A stretch of DNA of 64,000 nucleotides from NCBI GenBank assembly GCA_963771175.1, contig CAVYSY010000007.1:25864-89863 (forward strand), in the 5' to 3' direction. Below the pieces are notes generated by a model that saw nothing but the letters and a program-made list of their open reading frames with translations, had not been told where the DNA came from and searched no databases. Below, one piece after another: positions 9,204 to 20,271 of the stretch. The translations under genes were made by a program, and so were the position numbers. Every line of letters starts with the position of its first letter. The first letter of the stretch is position 1. Source of the stretch: an uncultured delta proteobacterium. Its GTDB lineage: Bacteria; Myxococcota; Myxococcia; Myxococcales; Myxococcaceae.

Positions 9204-9961
9204 GGGTTCTCCTGGGGCGCCACCGGCGCCTCGAATTGTAGGGGGGGCACCGCGGGAGCGGTGTTGCCCGCCGCGTCGAAGACCTCCAGCTTCGCGCGGT
9301 AGCTCCTGCCCACATCCAGGGCGAAGGCCCCACCGCACGCCTCGTGCCCCACCAGGGCCACGCCATCATGAATGGGGGTGACGTAGTGCTGGGGCGCCAT
9401 GTCATCACGCCGCCGCCAGAGCGTCACCACGAGGTAGGCCGGGCTGTCCTCCCGCAGGGCCATGCTCAGCTTGACGAAGCGCTCCGTGCCGTCGCGGGTG
9501 CGCCGGGAGAGGCCCTCGCTGACGGTGGGGCGCTTGAGCCAGCGCGGGCGCGCCACGTCCTGGCCCTTGCCGCTGCGCCATTCGGGCTGCGAGGAGCGCG
9601 AACCATTGAGCACCTTCGCGTCGGGCAACACGTCGTCCAGGCGCAGCGTGTAGGCGCGGCCGGACTTGAGCGGGCTCGAGGGCCGGAGCACCACGGTGGA
9701 GCGCCCCAGGGAGCTGCTCCAGCCGCGCTGCACGCGCACCTCCACCTCGTGGCCCTCCGACTGCAAGCGGAGGACACGGCCCGGGAGGGCGGCCACCCGG
9801 GGGCCGAAGGTGCCGAGACCCTCGAGCAGGAAGCGGGAATTGGTGGGCACCACCGCGCCGGGCATGGGGAACACCTGCACCCCATTCTCGGGGCACTGGG
9901 CGGCGCGTGCGGCCGGGGCAACCAGGATGAGCAGGACGAGTAGCGGGACGACGGGTCGCAC
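9200..9961 (-). CDS. Secreted hypothetical protein (start uncertain; ORF extends to 10024)
   Basis: Signal peptide ..LLVLLILVAPAARA; stop overlaps hemF start. Confidence 0.65.
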   Translation of the reverse strand: MRPVVPLLVLLILVAPAARAAQCPENGVQVFPMPGAVVPTNSRFLLEGLGTFGPRVAALPGRVLRLQSEGHEVEVRVQRGWSSSLGRSTVVLRPSSPLKSGRAYTLRLDDVLPDAKVLNGSRSSQPEWRSGKGQDVARPRWLKRPTVSEGLSRRTRDGTERFVKLSMALREDSPAYLVVTLWRRRDDMAPQHYVTPIHDGVALVGHEACGGAFALDVGRSYRAKLEVFDAAGNTAPAVPPLQFEAPVAPQENP

Positions 9962-10100
9962 GAGGCCGTCGAGTCTGCGACGGGCCGGCGCCGGAGGCCA
10001 GCGTCCCGATGCGCGCCCATTCACTTCCCGTCGGCCGGCAGCCCGCCCCCCTGACGCAGCCCGCCGTCCGAGGCCCGTGAGTCCAGCGAGTGGGGCGCCG

Positions 10101-10392
10101 TCAGTGCGTGGGGCGCCCGTCCTCGGAGAGCACGATGGGGCCGTGGCGCTGCCTCGTATCTGGCGAGGCTGTCCTGCAGGGCCCCCAGCAGGCGCTTGAG
10201 GTGCTTGGGGTTGGTGATGATGCGCGAGAGCACCCTGGCCCGGGGCTGCTGCGGTTGGACGTAGATGAAGTCCAGGGTGAACTCCGTCTCCGTGTGGTTG
10301 ACGAGCGCCATGTTCACGTACTGACCATTGGCCACGGCGTCATCTATCTGGACCTGCAGGGGGATTTCGGGGGGCTTGGGGGTATCCGCCAT
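10101..10392 (-). CDS. DUF3467-like protein (one frameshift near 10150)
   Basis: GQYVNMALVNHTETEFTLDF...SRIITNPKHLKRLL.AL; removing one base restores ..RHGPIVLSEDGRPTH*. Confidence 0.8.
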
Positions 10393-10436
10393 GGGGGGGG
10401 AATACCGCTGGAGGAGCCTCGTGGCTAGACTCCGTC

Positions 10437-11271
10437 ATGGTGCGAGCGCAGCGGATGGACCCGGAGAAGACGGCGCCGTTCGAGCTGGGGCGGGGGGAGG
10501 ATGCCTGCCTCCTGCTGCACGGCTTCACGGGAAGTCCCTGGGACGTGCGCCCGCTCGGCGAGGCCCTGGCGGCCCGAGGGCTGTACGTGCGGGCCATCCA
10601 GCTCCCGGGCCACGGCACCACCCCCGAGGACCTCCTGCGAGTGGGATACCGGGACTGGGAGCACGCCGCGGCCCAAGCCCTGTTGTCCCTGCGCGACCAC
10701 CGGCGCGTCTTCGTATCCGGACTGTCCATGGGGGCCCTGCTGGCGCTGAAGCTCGCCGCCAACTACCCCGAGCGGGTACAGGGACTGGCGCTCGTCGCCC
10801 CGGCACTGCGCTTCAAGGGGCCTCGACATGTGGCTCCTCAAGCGCCTGCGCCACCATCGGCTGCTGGAGCGGGTGAAGCCCTGGGTCCTCAAGACGGGCA
10901 CCGACCTCTCCGACCCGGCGGTGCTCGCCGAGGCCCCCATCCTTCCCGCCTTCCCCTCGGCCCGGCTGCAGGACATGTGGGAGTTGCAGGACGCGGCGAT
11001 GAATGCCCTGCCCCGGGTGCGCAGCCCGGCCCTGGTGGCCGTGGCCCAGCAGGACCACGTGGTGGACCCCGAGGGCGGCCGGGTGCTGGTGCGCGGCCTC
11101 ATCGCCTCGTCCCGGGTGCGCTTCATCTCCCTGCAGGACGGCTTCCACATCATCCCGAGGGACAAGGGCGGGCCGCTGCTCGCCTCGGAGGTGGGGAGCT
11201 TCTTCGAGCGGGAGCGGGGCCCGAGGTCCGAGGACTCATACGCCAGTTCCAGGCGTCCAGCGGCGGGGTGA
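10437..11271 (+). CDS. Carboxylesterase / monoacylglycerol lipase-like alpha/beta hydrolase (frameshift ~10820)
   Basis: LLHGFTGSP, GLSMG nucleophile, QDHVV Asp and GFHII His split over ORFs 10437+ and 10828+. Confidence 0.85.
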
Positions 11272-11350
11272 CGGCCAGCCCTGGCTCCTCACCAGGCATG
11301 CGACGAAACATGCGGGCCCGTCGCGCATCCGTTACTCACTCCCCGCCCCC

Positions 11351-12045
<695 letters not shown>

Positions 12046-12049
<4 letters not shown>

Positions 12050-14599
12050 GTCTGCGCCTCCTGGCCCGCGCCAGCCTGCGTCACCTCGGCGGCCACCCGT
12101 GGCTCACCGCCCTGTCGCTGCTGGGCATCGCGCTCGGCGTGGCGGTGGTGGTGTCCATCGACCTCGCCAACGCGAGCGCCATGCTCGCCTTCGAGCGCTC
12201 CACGGACACCGTGGCCGGCCGCGCCACCCACCAGCTCGTCGGCGGACCCGCGGGGCTGCCCGAGTCGGTGTACCGGGACGTGCGCCTGTTGCCCGGAGTC
12301 CCCGTCGGCCGCTCCCGTGGTGGAGGGCCACGTGCGCGCCACGAGCGGCGACAAGCGCACCCTCACCGTGCTCGGCGTGGATCCGTTCGCCGAGGCCCCC
12401 TTCCGCTCCTACGTGCCGAGGAGCGGGGGCACGGTGGACCTGAGCGCCTTCCTCACCGAGCCTGGAGCGGCCCTCCTCACGCGACGCACGGCCCGGGCGC
12501 TGGGCGTGGGCGTCGGAGACTCGCTGGACGTGGTCGTGGAGGGCGTGACGCGGCGGCTGCGCGCGGTGGCGCTGCTGGAGCCCGAGGACGAGGGCCGTGC
12601 CCGTGCGCTGGACGGACTGGTGCTCACCGACATCTCCACCGCGCAGGAGTTGCTCGGACAGGAGGGGCGGCTCTCGCGCATCGACCTGAAGCTGCCCGGG
12701 GGCGAGGCCGGCGAGGCGTGGCTGTCGCGCCTGCGCCCGCTGCTGCCCGAGGGCGCCGAGGTGGTGCGGCCCCGCGCGCGCGGCAACGCGGTGGAGCAGA
12801 TGACGCGGGCCTTCCGCACCAACCTCACCGCGCTGTCGCTGCTGGCGCTCGTGGTGGGCACCTTCCTCATCTACAACACGATGACCTTCTCGGTGGTGCA
12901 GCGGCGCGAGCAGCTCGGACGGCTGCGCGCGGTGGGCATCACCCGGGGCGAGCTGTTCACCCTGGTGCTGGGCGAGGCGGCGGTGCTGGGCGTGGTGGGC
13001 ACGGTGGCGGGACTGCTGCTGGGCGTGTTGCTGGGGCGCGGGCTGGTGGAGCTCGTCACCCGGACGCTCAATGACCTGTACTTCACGGTGAGCGTGCGCG
13101 GCCTCTCGCTGGAGCCCTCCACGCTGGCCAAGGGGCTGCTGCTGGGCCTGGGCGCCACGCTGGCCGCCGCGCTGCTGCCCGCGTGGGAGGCGGCGCGCTC
13201 GGCTCCGGCGGTGACGCTGCGCCGCTCCACCCTGGAGGACGTGGCCCGCGGAGGGCGCCCCGGCTCGCGCTGCTGGGGCTGCTCGTCCTCGCGCTGGGCG
13301 TGGGGCTGCTGGCCCTGCCCACGCCCGAGCTGCTGCCGGCCTACGCGGGGCTCTTCTCGGTGCTGCTGGGCTCGGCGCTGCTGGTGCCCTGGCTCACGGC
13401 GCGGCTGGCGGGCGCGGCGGCGGGTCCGCTGGGGCGCCCCTTCGGGCTGCTGGGCCGCATGGCCGCGCGGGGGGTGACGGCGAGCCTCAGCCGCACCGCC
13501 GTGGCCCTCGCCGCGCTCATGGTGGCGGTGGCCACCACGGTGGGCGTGGGATTGATGGTGGCCAGCTTCCGCAACACGGTGGCGGAGTGGCTGGAGGCCT
13601 CGCTGCAGGCGGACGTCTACATCTCCCCGCCCGCGCTCGTCACCCGACGCGGAGAGCGCCACCTTCGTCCCCGGGCTCGCCGAGCACCTGCGCGCCACGC
13701 CCGGCGTGGGCAGCAGCAGCAGCATCCGCACGGTACAGGTGCGCGTGGACGGCGTGCCCACGGACCTGCGCTCGGTGGACTTCGGAGACACCCCGGTGCG
13801 CCCCTACCGCTTCAAGGAGGGAGACCCGGAGCGCGTGTGGAAGGAGCTGGAGGCCCCGGACACGGTGCTCGTCTCCGAGCCCTTCGCCTTCCACCGCCGC
13901 GTGGGCGTGGGCGGCACGGTGGAGCTGGCGACGGACAAGGGCCCTCGCCGCTTCCGCGTGGTGGGCGTGTACTTCGACTATGGCTCGGACACGGGCACGC
14001 TGCTGATGGTGCGCGACACGTACCTGCGCCACTTCGACGACCCACGGGTGAGCGGCGTGGCCCTCTACGCCGCGCCCGGGCAGGACGTGGACGCGCTGGT
14101 GGCCAGGGCTCGCGAGCGCGCCGGGGACGTGCAGGCGCTCGACATCCGCTCCAACCGCGCGCTGCGCGAGACGTCGCTGGAGGTGTTCGACCGCACCTTC
14201 ACCATCACCCACGTGCTGCGGCTGCTCGCGGTGGGGGTGGCCTTCATCGGCGTGCTGAGCGCGCTGATGGCGCTGCAACTGGAGCGGGCGCGCGAGTTCG
14301 CGGTGCTGCGCGCCATCGGCCTCACACCGCGCCAGCTCTGGGGACTCGTGTCCCTCCAGACGGGGCTGCTGGGACTGCTGGCGGGGCTCTTCTCGCTGCC
14401 GCTCGGCGTGGCGCTCGCGTACGTGCTGGTCCACGTCATCAACCAGCGCTCCTTCGGGTGGACGCTGCAACTGCTGGTGGACCCGAGCGTGCTGGTGCAG
14501 GCGATGGTGCTGGCGCTGTCGGCGGCGGCGCTCGCGGGCCTGTACCCGTCCTGGAAGATGTCGCGCGCCAACCCCGCGCTGGCGCTGAGGGAGGAGTGA
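12046..14599 (+). CDS. FtsX/MacB-type double-length ABC permease, AttF/G-like (about 3 frameshifts)
   Basis: [16 protein letters not shown]; [22 protein letters not shown]; [13 protein letters not shown]; INQRSFGW; pieces in ORFs 12046, 12317, 13183 and 13706. Confidence 0.85.
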
Positions 14600-14603
14600 G
14601 GCG

Positions 14604-15782
14604 ATGCGCGGACGCGGACTCGTCATCGGCGTGGCGGTGGTGCTCGTGGGGCTGGCGGCCGGGGTCACCTGGCGTCACGCACGAGGCCGCCCTGCCCTCG
14701 GACGGAGAGTCGACGCTGAAGGTGGCGGAGGCCCTCGGCGGACCGGACGGCGGCACGGAGGGCTATGCGCGGGCCTTCGAGCCCCGGGCCTTCCTCTTCC
14801 CCGAGGACCACGGCCCGCACCCCGACTTCCGCACCGAGTGGTGGTACTGGACGGGCAACCTCTCCACGGCGGACGGGCGCGACTTCGGCTACCAGTTCAC
14901 CCTCTTCCGCAGCGCGCTCGCCCCCGAGGACAAGGAGCGCACGTCCGCGTGGGGCACGCGGCAGGTGTACATGGGGCACCTCGCGCTCTCGGACATCGGC
15001 GGCGGGCGCTTCCACGCCTTCGAGCGCTTCAGCCGCGGCACGCTGGGACTCGCGGGCGCGCGGGCCGAGCCCTTCAGGTATGGCTGGAGGACTGGAGCGC
15101 GGAGGCCACGGGCGAACGGGGCCATGCGCCTCACCGCACGGGGCGAGGGTGTGTCGCTGTCCCTGGTGCTGGAGCCCGGCAAGCCCCCGGTGCTCCAGGG
15201 CGACCGGGGCCTGAGCCAGAAGGGGCCCGAGCCGGGCAACGCCTCCTATTACTACTCGCTCACGCGGATGCCCTCGCGCGGACAGGTGACGGTGGACGGG
15301 CCGCGCGTACGAGGTGACGGGCCAGAGCTGGATGGACCGCGAGTGGAGCACCAGCGCGCTCGGCGAGAACCAGGTGGGCTGGGACTGGTTCTCGCTCCAG
15401 CTCTCGGACGGCAGCGAGCTCATGTACTACCAGCTGCCGCCAGCGCGACGGCACGGCGGACCCGTTCAGCGCGGGCACCTTCGTCCCCGCCCAGGGCGAG
15501 CCGGTGCGCCTCTCGCGCGAGGACGTGCGCCTGGAGGTGCGGGACACGTGGAAGAGCCCGCACAGCGGCGCGACGTACCCGGCCCGCTGGCGGCTCGTGG
15601 TGCCCTCGCGGAACCTGACGCTGGAGCTCACCCCCGCGCTGGCCAACCAGGAGCTGCCGGTGAGCGTGCGCTACTGGGAGGGCTCGGTGCGCCTCTCGGG
15701 TTCGCACGCGGGCGTCCCCGTCGAGGGCCGTGGCTATGTAGAGTTGACTGGCTACGGAGATGCTCCCCGGCGAGGACAGTGA
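14604..15782 (+). CDS. AttH/CrtC-like lipocalin-domain secreted protein (several frameshifts)
   Basis: FPEDHGPHPDFRTEWWYWTGNL, FGYQFTLFR, NASYYYS, WMDREWST, GWDWFSLQL, YWEG..GYVELTGY. Confidence 0.85.
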
Positions 15783-15825
15783 GCACCTCCGGCGTAGTAG
15801 GCTCACGCCCGAGGGAGATACCACC

Positions 15826-16239
15826 ATGACCCAGCCACACGAGTGGAACGTCGGGACGCACCACACCCGGTTCGAGCCACCGGACGTGCTGTGGACGAAG
15901 ATCCGAGGGACGACCTCCATCGAGGATGCCATCTCCCTCCTGGAGATCTACCGCGAGGTCGGGAGCCAGCAGCCCGTCTTCGTGGTGACGGACCTCTCGG
16001 AGGCCACCACCGTCGACCTGAAGGCCCGGGACCACATCTCCTGGAACATCCATATGGGCTGGTTCCACGGCGCCATCTACATCGGGGCCGGCATGGTTCA
16101 GAGGGCCGTGGCCAGCAGCATGACGTTCCTCCACAGCCTCACGGGCAACGAGGCCATCCCCCAGCACTTCGTCTCCACGGAGGAGGAGGCCCGCGCGCTC
16201 ATCGTTCAGGAGCGCTCGCCACGGGGCAGGCAGACGTAA
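15826..16239 (+). CDS. STAS/SEC14 (SpoIIAA-like) domain protein
   Basis: GTHHTRFEPPDVL...FVVTDLS...FVSTEEEARA pattern of the myxobacterial STAS/SEC14 family. Confidence 0.75.
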   Translation: MTQPHEWNVGTHHTRFEPPDVLWTKIRGTTSIEDAISLLEIYREVGSQQPVFVVTDLSEATTVDLKARDHISWNIHMGWFHGAIYIGAGMVQRAVASSMTFLHSLTGNEAIPQHFVSTEEEARALIVQERSPRGRQT

Positions 16240-16356
16240 CCTCCCCACTGCCATTCCCCTCCGGCGCGGCTAGGATGCGCGCACACGGCACGGGGGAGCC
16301 GTGGGGCCGATACGCGTGGACGCTCGGGAGCCCCCCCTGGGCATCGAGAGGCTCTC

Positions 16357-16773
16357 ATGACGGCTCCCCGCGAATGGACGATCGACACGCACTTCGTCCG
16401 CTTCGAGCATCCCGACAATCTGTACGTGAAGATCGACGGCGACGTCTCCACCGAGGCGGTGCGCCAGCTCGCCGATATCTGCCGGGACATCGCGGCGAAG
16501 CAGCCCTTCTATCTGGTCGCGGATCTCTCGCACGTCGGCACCGTCTCCTCGGAGGCTCGCAACCACGCCTCCAAGCACATCCGTCCGGACTGGTACCTGG
16601 GCGTGGCCTACATCGGGGCCAACCTCATCACCAAGGCCGCGGCCAAGGGTCTCGCCGTCGCGCTCTACCTCACCGGCAAGTCCTCCTTCGACATCGCGTT
16701 CGTCGCCAACGAGGCCGAGGCCCGCGCGGCTCTCGAGAAGCAGCGCGCCAGGCGCGGCACCCAGGTGGCCTGA
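16357..16773 (+). CDS. STAS/SEC14 (SpoIIAA-like) domain protein, paralog of upstream gene
   Basis: THFVRFEHPD...YLVADLS...FVANEAEARA. Confidence 0.75.
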   Translation: MTAPREWTIDTHFVRFEHPDNLYVKIDGDVSTEAVRQLADICRDIAAKQPFYLVADLSHVGTVSSEARNHASKHIRPDWYLGVAYIGANLITKAAAKGLAVALYLTGKSSFDIAFVANEAEARAALEKQRARRGTQVA

Positions 16774-16805
16774 GCGCAGAACCACCTCCGCGGCCAGTCT
16801 TCGGA

Positions 16806-16887
16806 GGACAGGGCACCCTCCGGGCTCGGTCTGGAAAAACCTGTCCGACAGTCGGACAGGTTTTTGAAAAACGCGACCGGGAGGCTG
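16806..16887. repeat. Dispersed REP-like palindromic element, copy 1
   Basis: Core AAAAACCTGTCCGAC-A-GTCGGACAGGTTTTT (16835-16865); about 73/82 identical by hand to the reverse complement of 58808-58889. Confidence 0.9.
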
Positions 16888-16899
16888 CCTTCGAATGAC

Positions 16900-17619
16900 T
16901 TAGAAGAAGGCGGGGGCCTGCTCGGAGGCCGCCACGTACTCCTCACGCGCGTCGCGCGGGCGCGTGTTGTAGGCGAGCGCCTCCTCCAGTCGAGCGGGCT
17001 TCTCGCCGCGCGGCGACATCATCAGCCGCATGAACATCTCGTAGTCCAGCCGCAGGCGCGGGTTGGTGAGGCGCTCGTGGCCGATGGTGCTGAACGTCCG
17101 CCCCCCGTAGTCGTGCGAGGGGTACACCAACGTGTCCTCGGGCAGCGACAGCAGCCGCTGGAGGCTGCGGTACTCGGCCTCGGCGTCTCCCGTTGGCAGG
17201 TCCGTCCGCCCCGTGGCCCCGATGAGCAGCGTGTCCCCCGTGAACACCCGGTCCTCCATCCTCAGCACCCGCGAGTCCGCCGTGTGCCCCGGGGTCTCCC
17301 AGACCTCGATACGCAAGGCCCCCAGCTCCAGCACGTCGCCCTCGTGCAGCGGCTGTTGCACCGCGCCCACCGGCGCTCCCGCGTGCACCGAGCTCGTCAT
17401 CCGTGCCAGCTCCCGGCCTCCCGACAGGTGGTCCGCGTGCGTGTGGGTGTCCACCACCAGGCCCAGCCGGAGCTGGTCCTTCCCGAGGCGCTGCAGGTAG
17501 CTCGGCACGAGCTCCAGCACCGGGTCCACGATGAGTGCCTCCCGTGTCCGCGGGTTGACGATGAGGTACGTGCGGCAGCTCGCCCCACCGTTCAACTCCT
17601 CGAAGATGAACCCCTTCAT
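16900..17619 (-). CDS. MBL-fold metallo-hydrolase (ETHE1/persulfide dioxygenase-like)
   Basis: VDPVLE, DTHTHADHLSG, ETPGHT, FTGDTLLI..TGRTD, YPSHDY, TIGHERLTNPRL. Confidence 0.9.
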   Translation of the reverse strand: MKGFIFEELNGGASCRTYLIVNPRTREALIVDPVLELVPSYLQRLGKDQLRLGLVVDTHTHADHLSGGRELARMTSSVHAGAPVGAVQQPLHEGDVLELGALRIEVWETPGHTADSRVLRMEDRVFTGDTLLIGATGRTDLPTGDAEAEYRSLQRLLSLPEDTLVYPSHDYGGRTFSTIGHERLTNPRLRLDYEMFMRLMMSPRGEKPARLEEALAYNTRPRDAREEYVAASEQAPAFF

Positions 17620-17804
17620 CCCCTGCCTCCCTCGACCGGCTGCGCCGATGCACCGCAGCCGAGAGCAAGGTAGGCACGGACCGTCCGCCGCATGTCCGAC
17701 CCGCCCGCCCGACGTCCGAGACGCCATCTGGTGGACGATGGCGCGCCCCATGGGGTGAGCGCCGTGCCGCTCATGAAGCAGGCGGGCGAGCGTGCGCCCG
17801 CTGT

Positions 17805-18338
17805 TCAGCGGGAGGCGGCGGGTGCCGCCGCGCCCAGGTGCGCGTGCAGCGTCTCGGCGCGCACGTAGAGGAACTGCGCGTCGCCAAAGGCCAGCCCATC
17901 CCCGTCGACGAGCTGCTGCTCCTGGTCGCCCAGCGGCACCGCGTTGACGAAGGTGCCGTTCATCGAGCCCGCGTCGCGCACGTAACAGCACCCATCCGCC
18001 GCGCTCCAGCGCATCAGCGCGTGGAACTTGGAGACGGACGGGTCGTGGATGACCACCGAGCACGTCTCGATGCGCCCCACCGCGAACACCTCGCCGTCCA
18101 TCTTCGGCTTGAGGAAGAGCACCTGCAGATGCTCGAAGCCCTGCAGCATCGCCATCAGCCGGTCCGCCAGCCGGGTGCGGTGCGCCATGTACACCGTGCG
18201 CGCCTGGCCCATCTGCATGGCCACCTGCTGGAAGACGGGAGAGGGGGGCTGTTGGATGAGCACCACCGGACCATGCTCGGCAAGGAACGTCCCGACGTCC
18301 ACCCGACCCAGCGCTCGCAATTCCCTGACCGAAGACAT
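17805..18338 (-). CDS. FHA domain protein
   Basis: VGR...C..VIHDPSVSKFHA...DAGSMNGTFVN...GD.L.FG. Confidence 0.9.
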   Translation of the reverse strand: MSSVRELRALGRVDVGTFLAEHGPVVLIQQPPSPVFQQVAMQMGQARTVYMAHRTRLADRLMAMLQGFEHLQVLFLKPKMDGEVFAVGRIETCSVVIHDPSVSKFHALMRWSAADGCCYVRDAGSMNGTFVNAVPLGDQEQQLVDGDGLAFGDAQFLYVRAETLHAHLGAAAPAASR

Positions 18339-18437
18339 GGGCCGCGAGGGTAGGCGCACACGCCGCGCGTGCCAAGGGCCTCGGCTCGGTTATGGTTCGC
18401 CCGCACACCACCCAGGCAGCCGCAGGAGGCTTCATCC

Positions 18438-19922
18438 ATGGCGAAGGCGAAGTACGTGCTGGCAGTGGACCAGGGCACCACCGGGACGCACGTCTCCATC
18501 CTCGACGACAAGCTGCGGGTGGTGGGCAGCGCGTACCGCGAGTTCACCCAGCACTTCCCCAAGCCCTCCTGGGTGGAGCACGACCTGGAGGAAATCTGGG
18601 CCACCGTCGAGCAGTGCATCCGCCTGGCCCTGAAGGACGCGGGGCTGGCCGGCAAGGACATCTCCGCGGTGGGCATCACCAACCAGCGCGAGACGACCGG
18701 CCTGTGGATGCGTGAGGGCGGCAAGCCCCTGGGGCACGCCATCGTGTGGCAGGACCGGCGCACCGCGCAACAGTGCGCGCGGCTGCGCGAGCAGGGCGAG
18801 GGACCCCGGGTGCACCAGACGACGGGCCTGGTGTTGGACCCGTACTTCTCGGGCACCAAGCTCTCCTGGATGATGGAGCACATGAAGGGGGCCCGGAAGC
18901 GCGCCGAGAAGGGCGACGCGTGCTTCGGCACCATCGACACCTGGCTCGTCTACAAGATGACGGGGGGCCAGTCGCACGTCACCGACGTCTCCAACGCCAG
19001 CCGCACGCTGCTGATGGACGTCACCCAGCTCAAGTGGGACGAGTCCATGCTCTCCCTCTTCGGCGTGCCGGGCGCGTGCCTGCCGGAGATTCGCGGCTCG
19101 GCCGAGAGCTACGGCACCACCCGGGGCATGCGCGGCCTGCCGGATGGCATCCCCATCACCGGCATGGCGGGGGACCAGCAGGCGGCCCTCTTCGGACAGG
19201 CGTGCTTCAGCCCCGGCGAGGCCAAGTGCACCTACGGCACCGGCGCCTTCCTGCTGATGAACACGGGCGACGCGCCGGTGTACTCGAAGGCGGGGCTGCT
19301 CACCACGGTGGCCTGGCGGATTGGCGACAAGACGTCCTACGCGCTGGAGGGCAGCTCCTTCATCGCCGGCGCCGCGGTGCAGTGGCTGCGCGACGGGCTG
19401 AAGGTCATCAAGAAGGCCGCGGACGTGGAGCCGCTCGCCGCCAGCGTGAAGGAGAGCGGGGATGTCGTCTTCGTCCCGGCGCTCGCGGGCCTCGGGGCCC
19501 CGCACTGGCGTCCCGAGGCGCGCGGCCTCTTCGCCGGCATCGACCGCTCCACCACGGTGGCCCACCTGGCGCGCGCGGCGCTCGAGGGCGTGGCGATGCA
19601 GATTCACGACCTGGCCGAGGCCATGCGCCGCGACAGCGGCCAGGAGATTCCGGCCTTCAAGGTGGACGGGGGCGCCGCGGCCAACAACCTGATGATGCAG
19701 TTCCAGGCGGACATCCTCGGCACCGAGGTGGTGCGCCCGCGGAACCTGCAGACGACCAGCCTGGGGGCCGCCTTCCTGGCGGGCCTGGGAGCCGGGGTGT
19801 GGAGCAGCACGGACGCCATCCGCCGCGCCTGGAAGGTGGACAAGGTCTTCAAGCCGAAGATGAAGGCGGAGGTGCGAGAGCGGTACCTCGCCAAGTGGCG
19901 GCGCGCGGTGGAGCGCGCCTGA
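18438..19922 (+). CDS. glpK: Glycerol kinase
   Basis: DQGTTG, GITNQRET, AIVWQDRR, TDVSNASRT, GDQQAALFG, KCTYGTG, VDGGA; AGGAGG RBS. Confidence 0.97.
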   Translation: MAKAKYVLAVDQGTTGTHVSILDDKLRVVGSAYREFTQHFPKPSWVEHDLEEIWATVEQCIRLALKDAGLAGKDISAVGITNQRETTGLWMREGGKPLGHAIVWQDRRTAQQCARLREQGEGPRVHQTTGLVLDPYFSGTKLSWMMEHMKGARKRAEKGDACFGTIDTWLVYKMTGGQSHVTDVSNASRTLLMDVTQLKWDESMLSLFGVPGACLPEIRGSAESYGTTRGMRGLPDGIPITGMAGDQQAALFGQACFSPGEAKCTYGTGAFLLMNTGDAPVYSKAGLLTTVAWRIGDKTSYALEGSSFIAGAAVQWLRDGLKVIKKAADVEPLAASVKESGDVVFVPALAGLGAPHWRPEARGLFAGIDRSTTVAHLARAALEGVAMQIHDLAEAMRRDSGQEIPAFKVDGGAAANNLMMQFQADILGTEVVRPRNLQTTSLGAAFLAGLGAGVWSSTDAIRRAWKVDKVFKPKMKAEVRERYLAKWRRAVERA

Positions 19923-19959
19923 GACAGCATCCCCCCATTCGCGATAGGAGAAGGACCCG

Positions 19960-20271
19960 ATGGCCTACGACCGCACGCAGTTGACCCCCGAGGCCCTGAA
20001 GCAGTTCCTCGCCGAGCACCCCGAGTGGAAGCACGAGGGAGGGATGCTCCGCCGCACCTACGAGGCGCCGAGCTTCCTCGCGGGCATCGACTTCGTGAGC
20101 CGGGTGGCGAAGGCCGCCGAGGCGGCGGACCACCACCCGGACATCGACATCCGCTGGCGCAAGGTGACGCTGGCGCTGGTGACGCACGACGCGGGCGGCC
20201 TCACCTGGCGCGACACGAAGCTGGCGGCCGAGGCGGACACGCTGTTCACCCAGGTGGTGAAGCAGGGCTGA
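19960..20271 (+). CDS. phhB: Pterin-4a-carbinolamine dehydratase
   Basis: AEAADHHPDIDIRW..V...L.THDAGGLT..D..LA. Confidence 0.9.
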   Translation: MAYDRTQLTPEALKQFLAEHPEWKHEGGMLRRTYEAPSFLAGIDFVSRVAKAAEAADHHPDIDIRWRKVTLALVTHDAGGLTWRDTKLAAEADTLFTQVVKQG

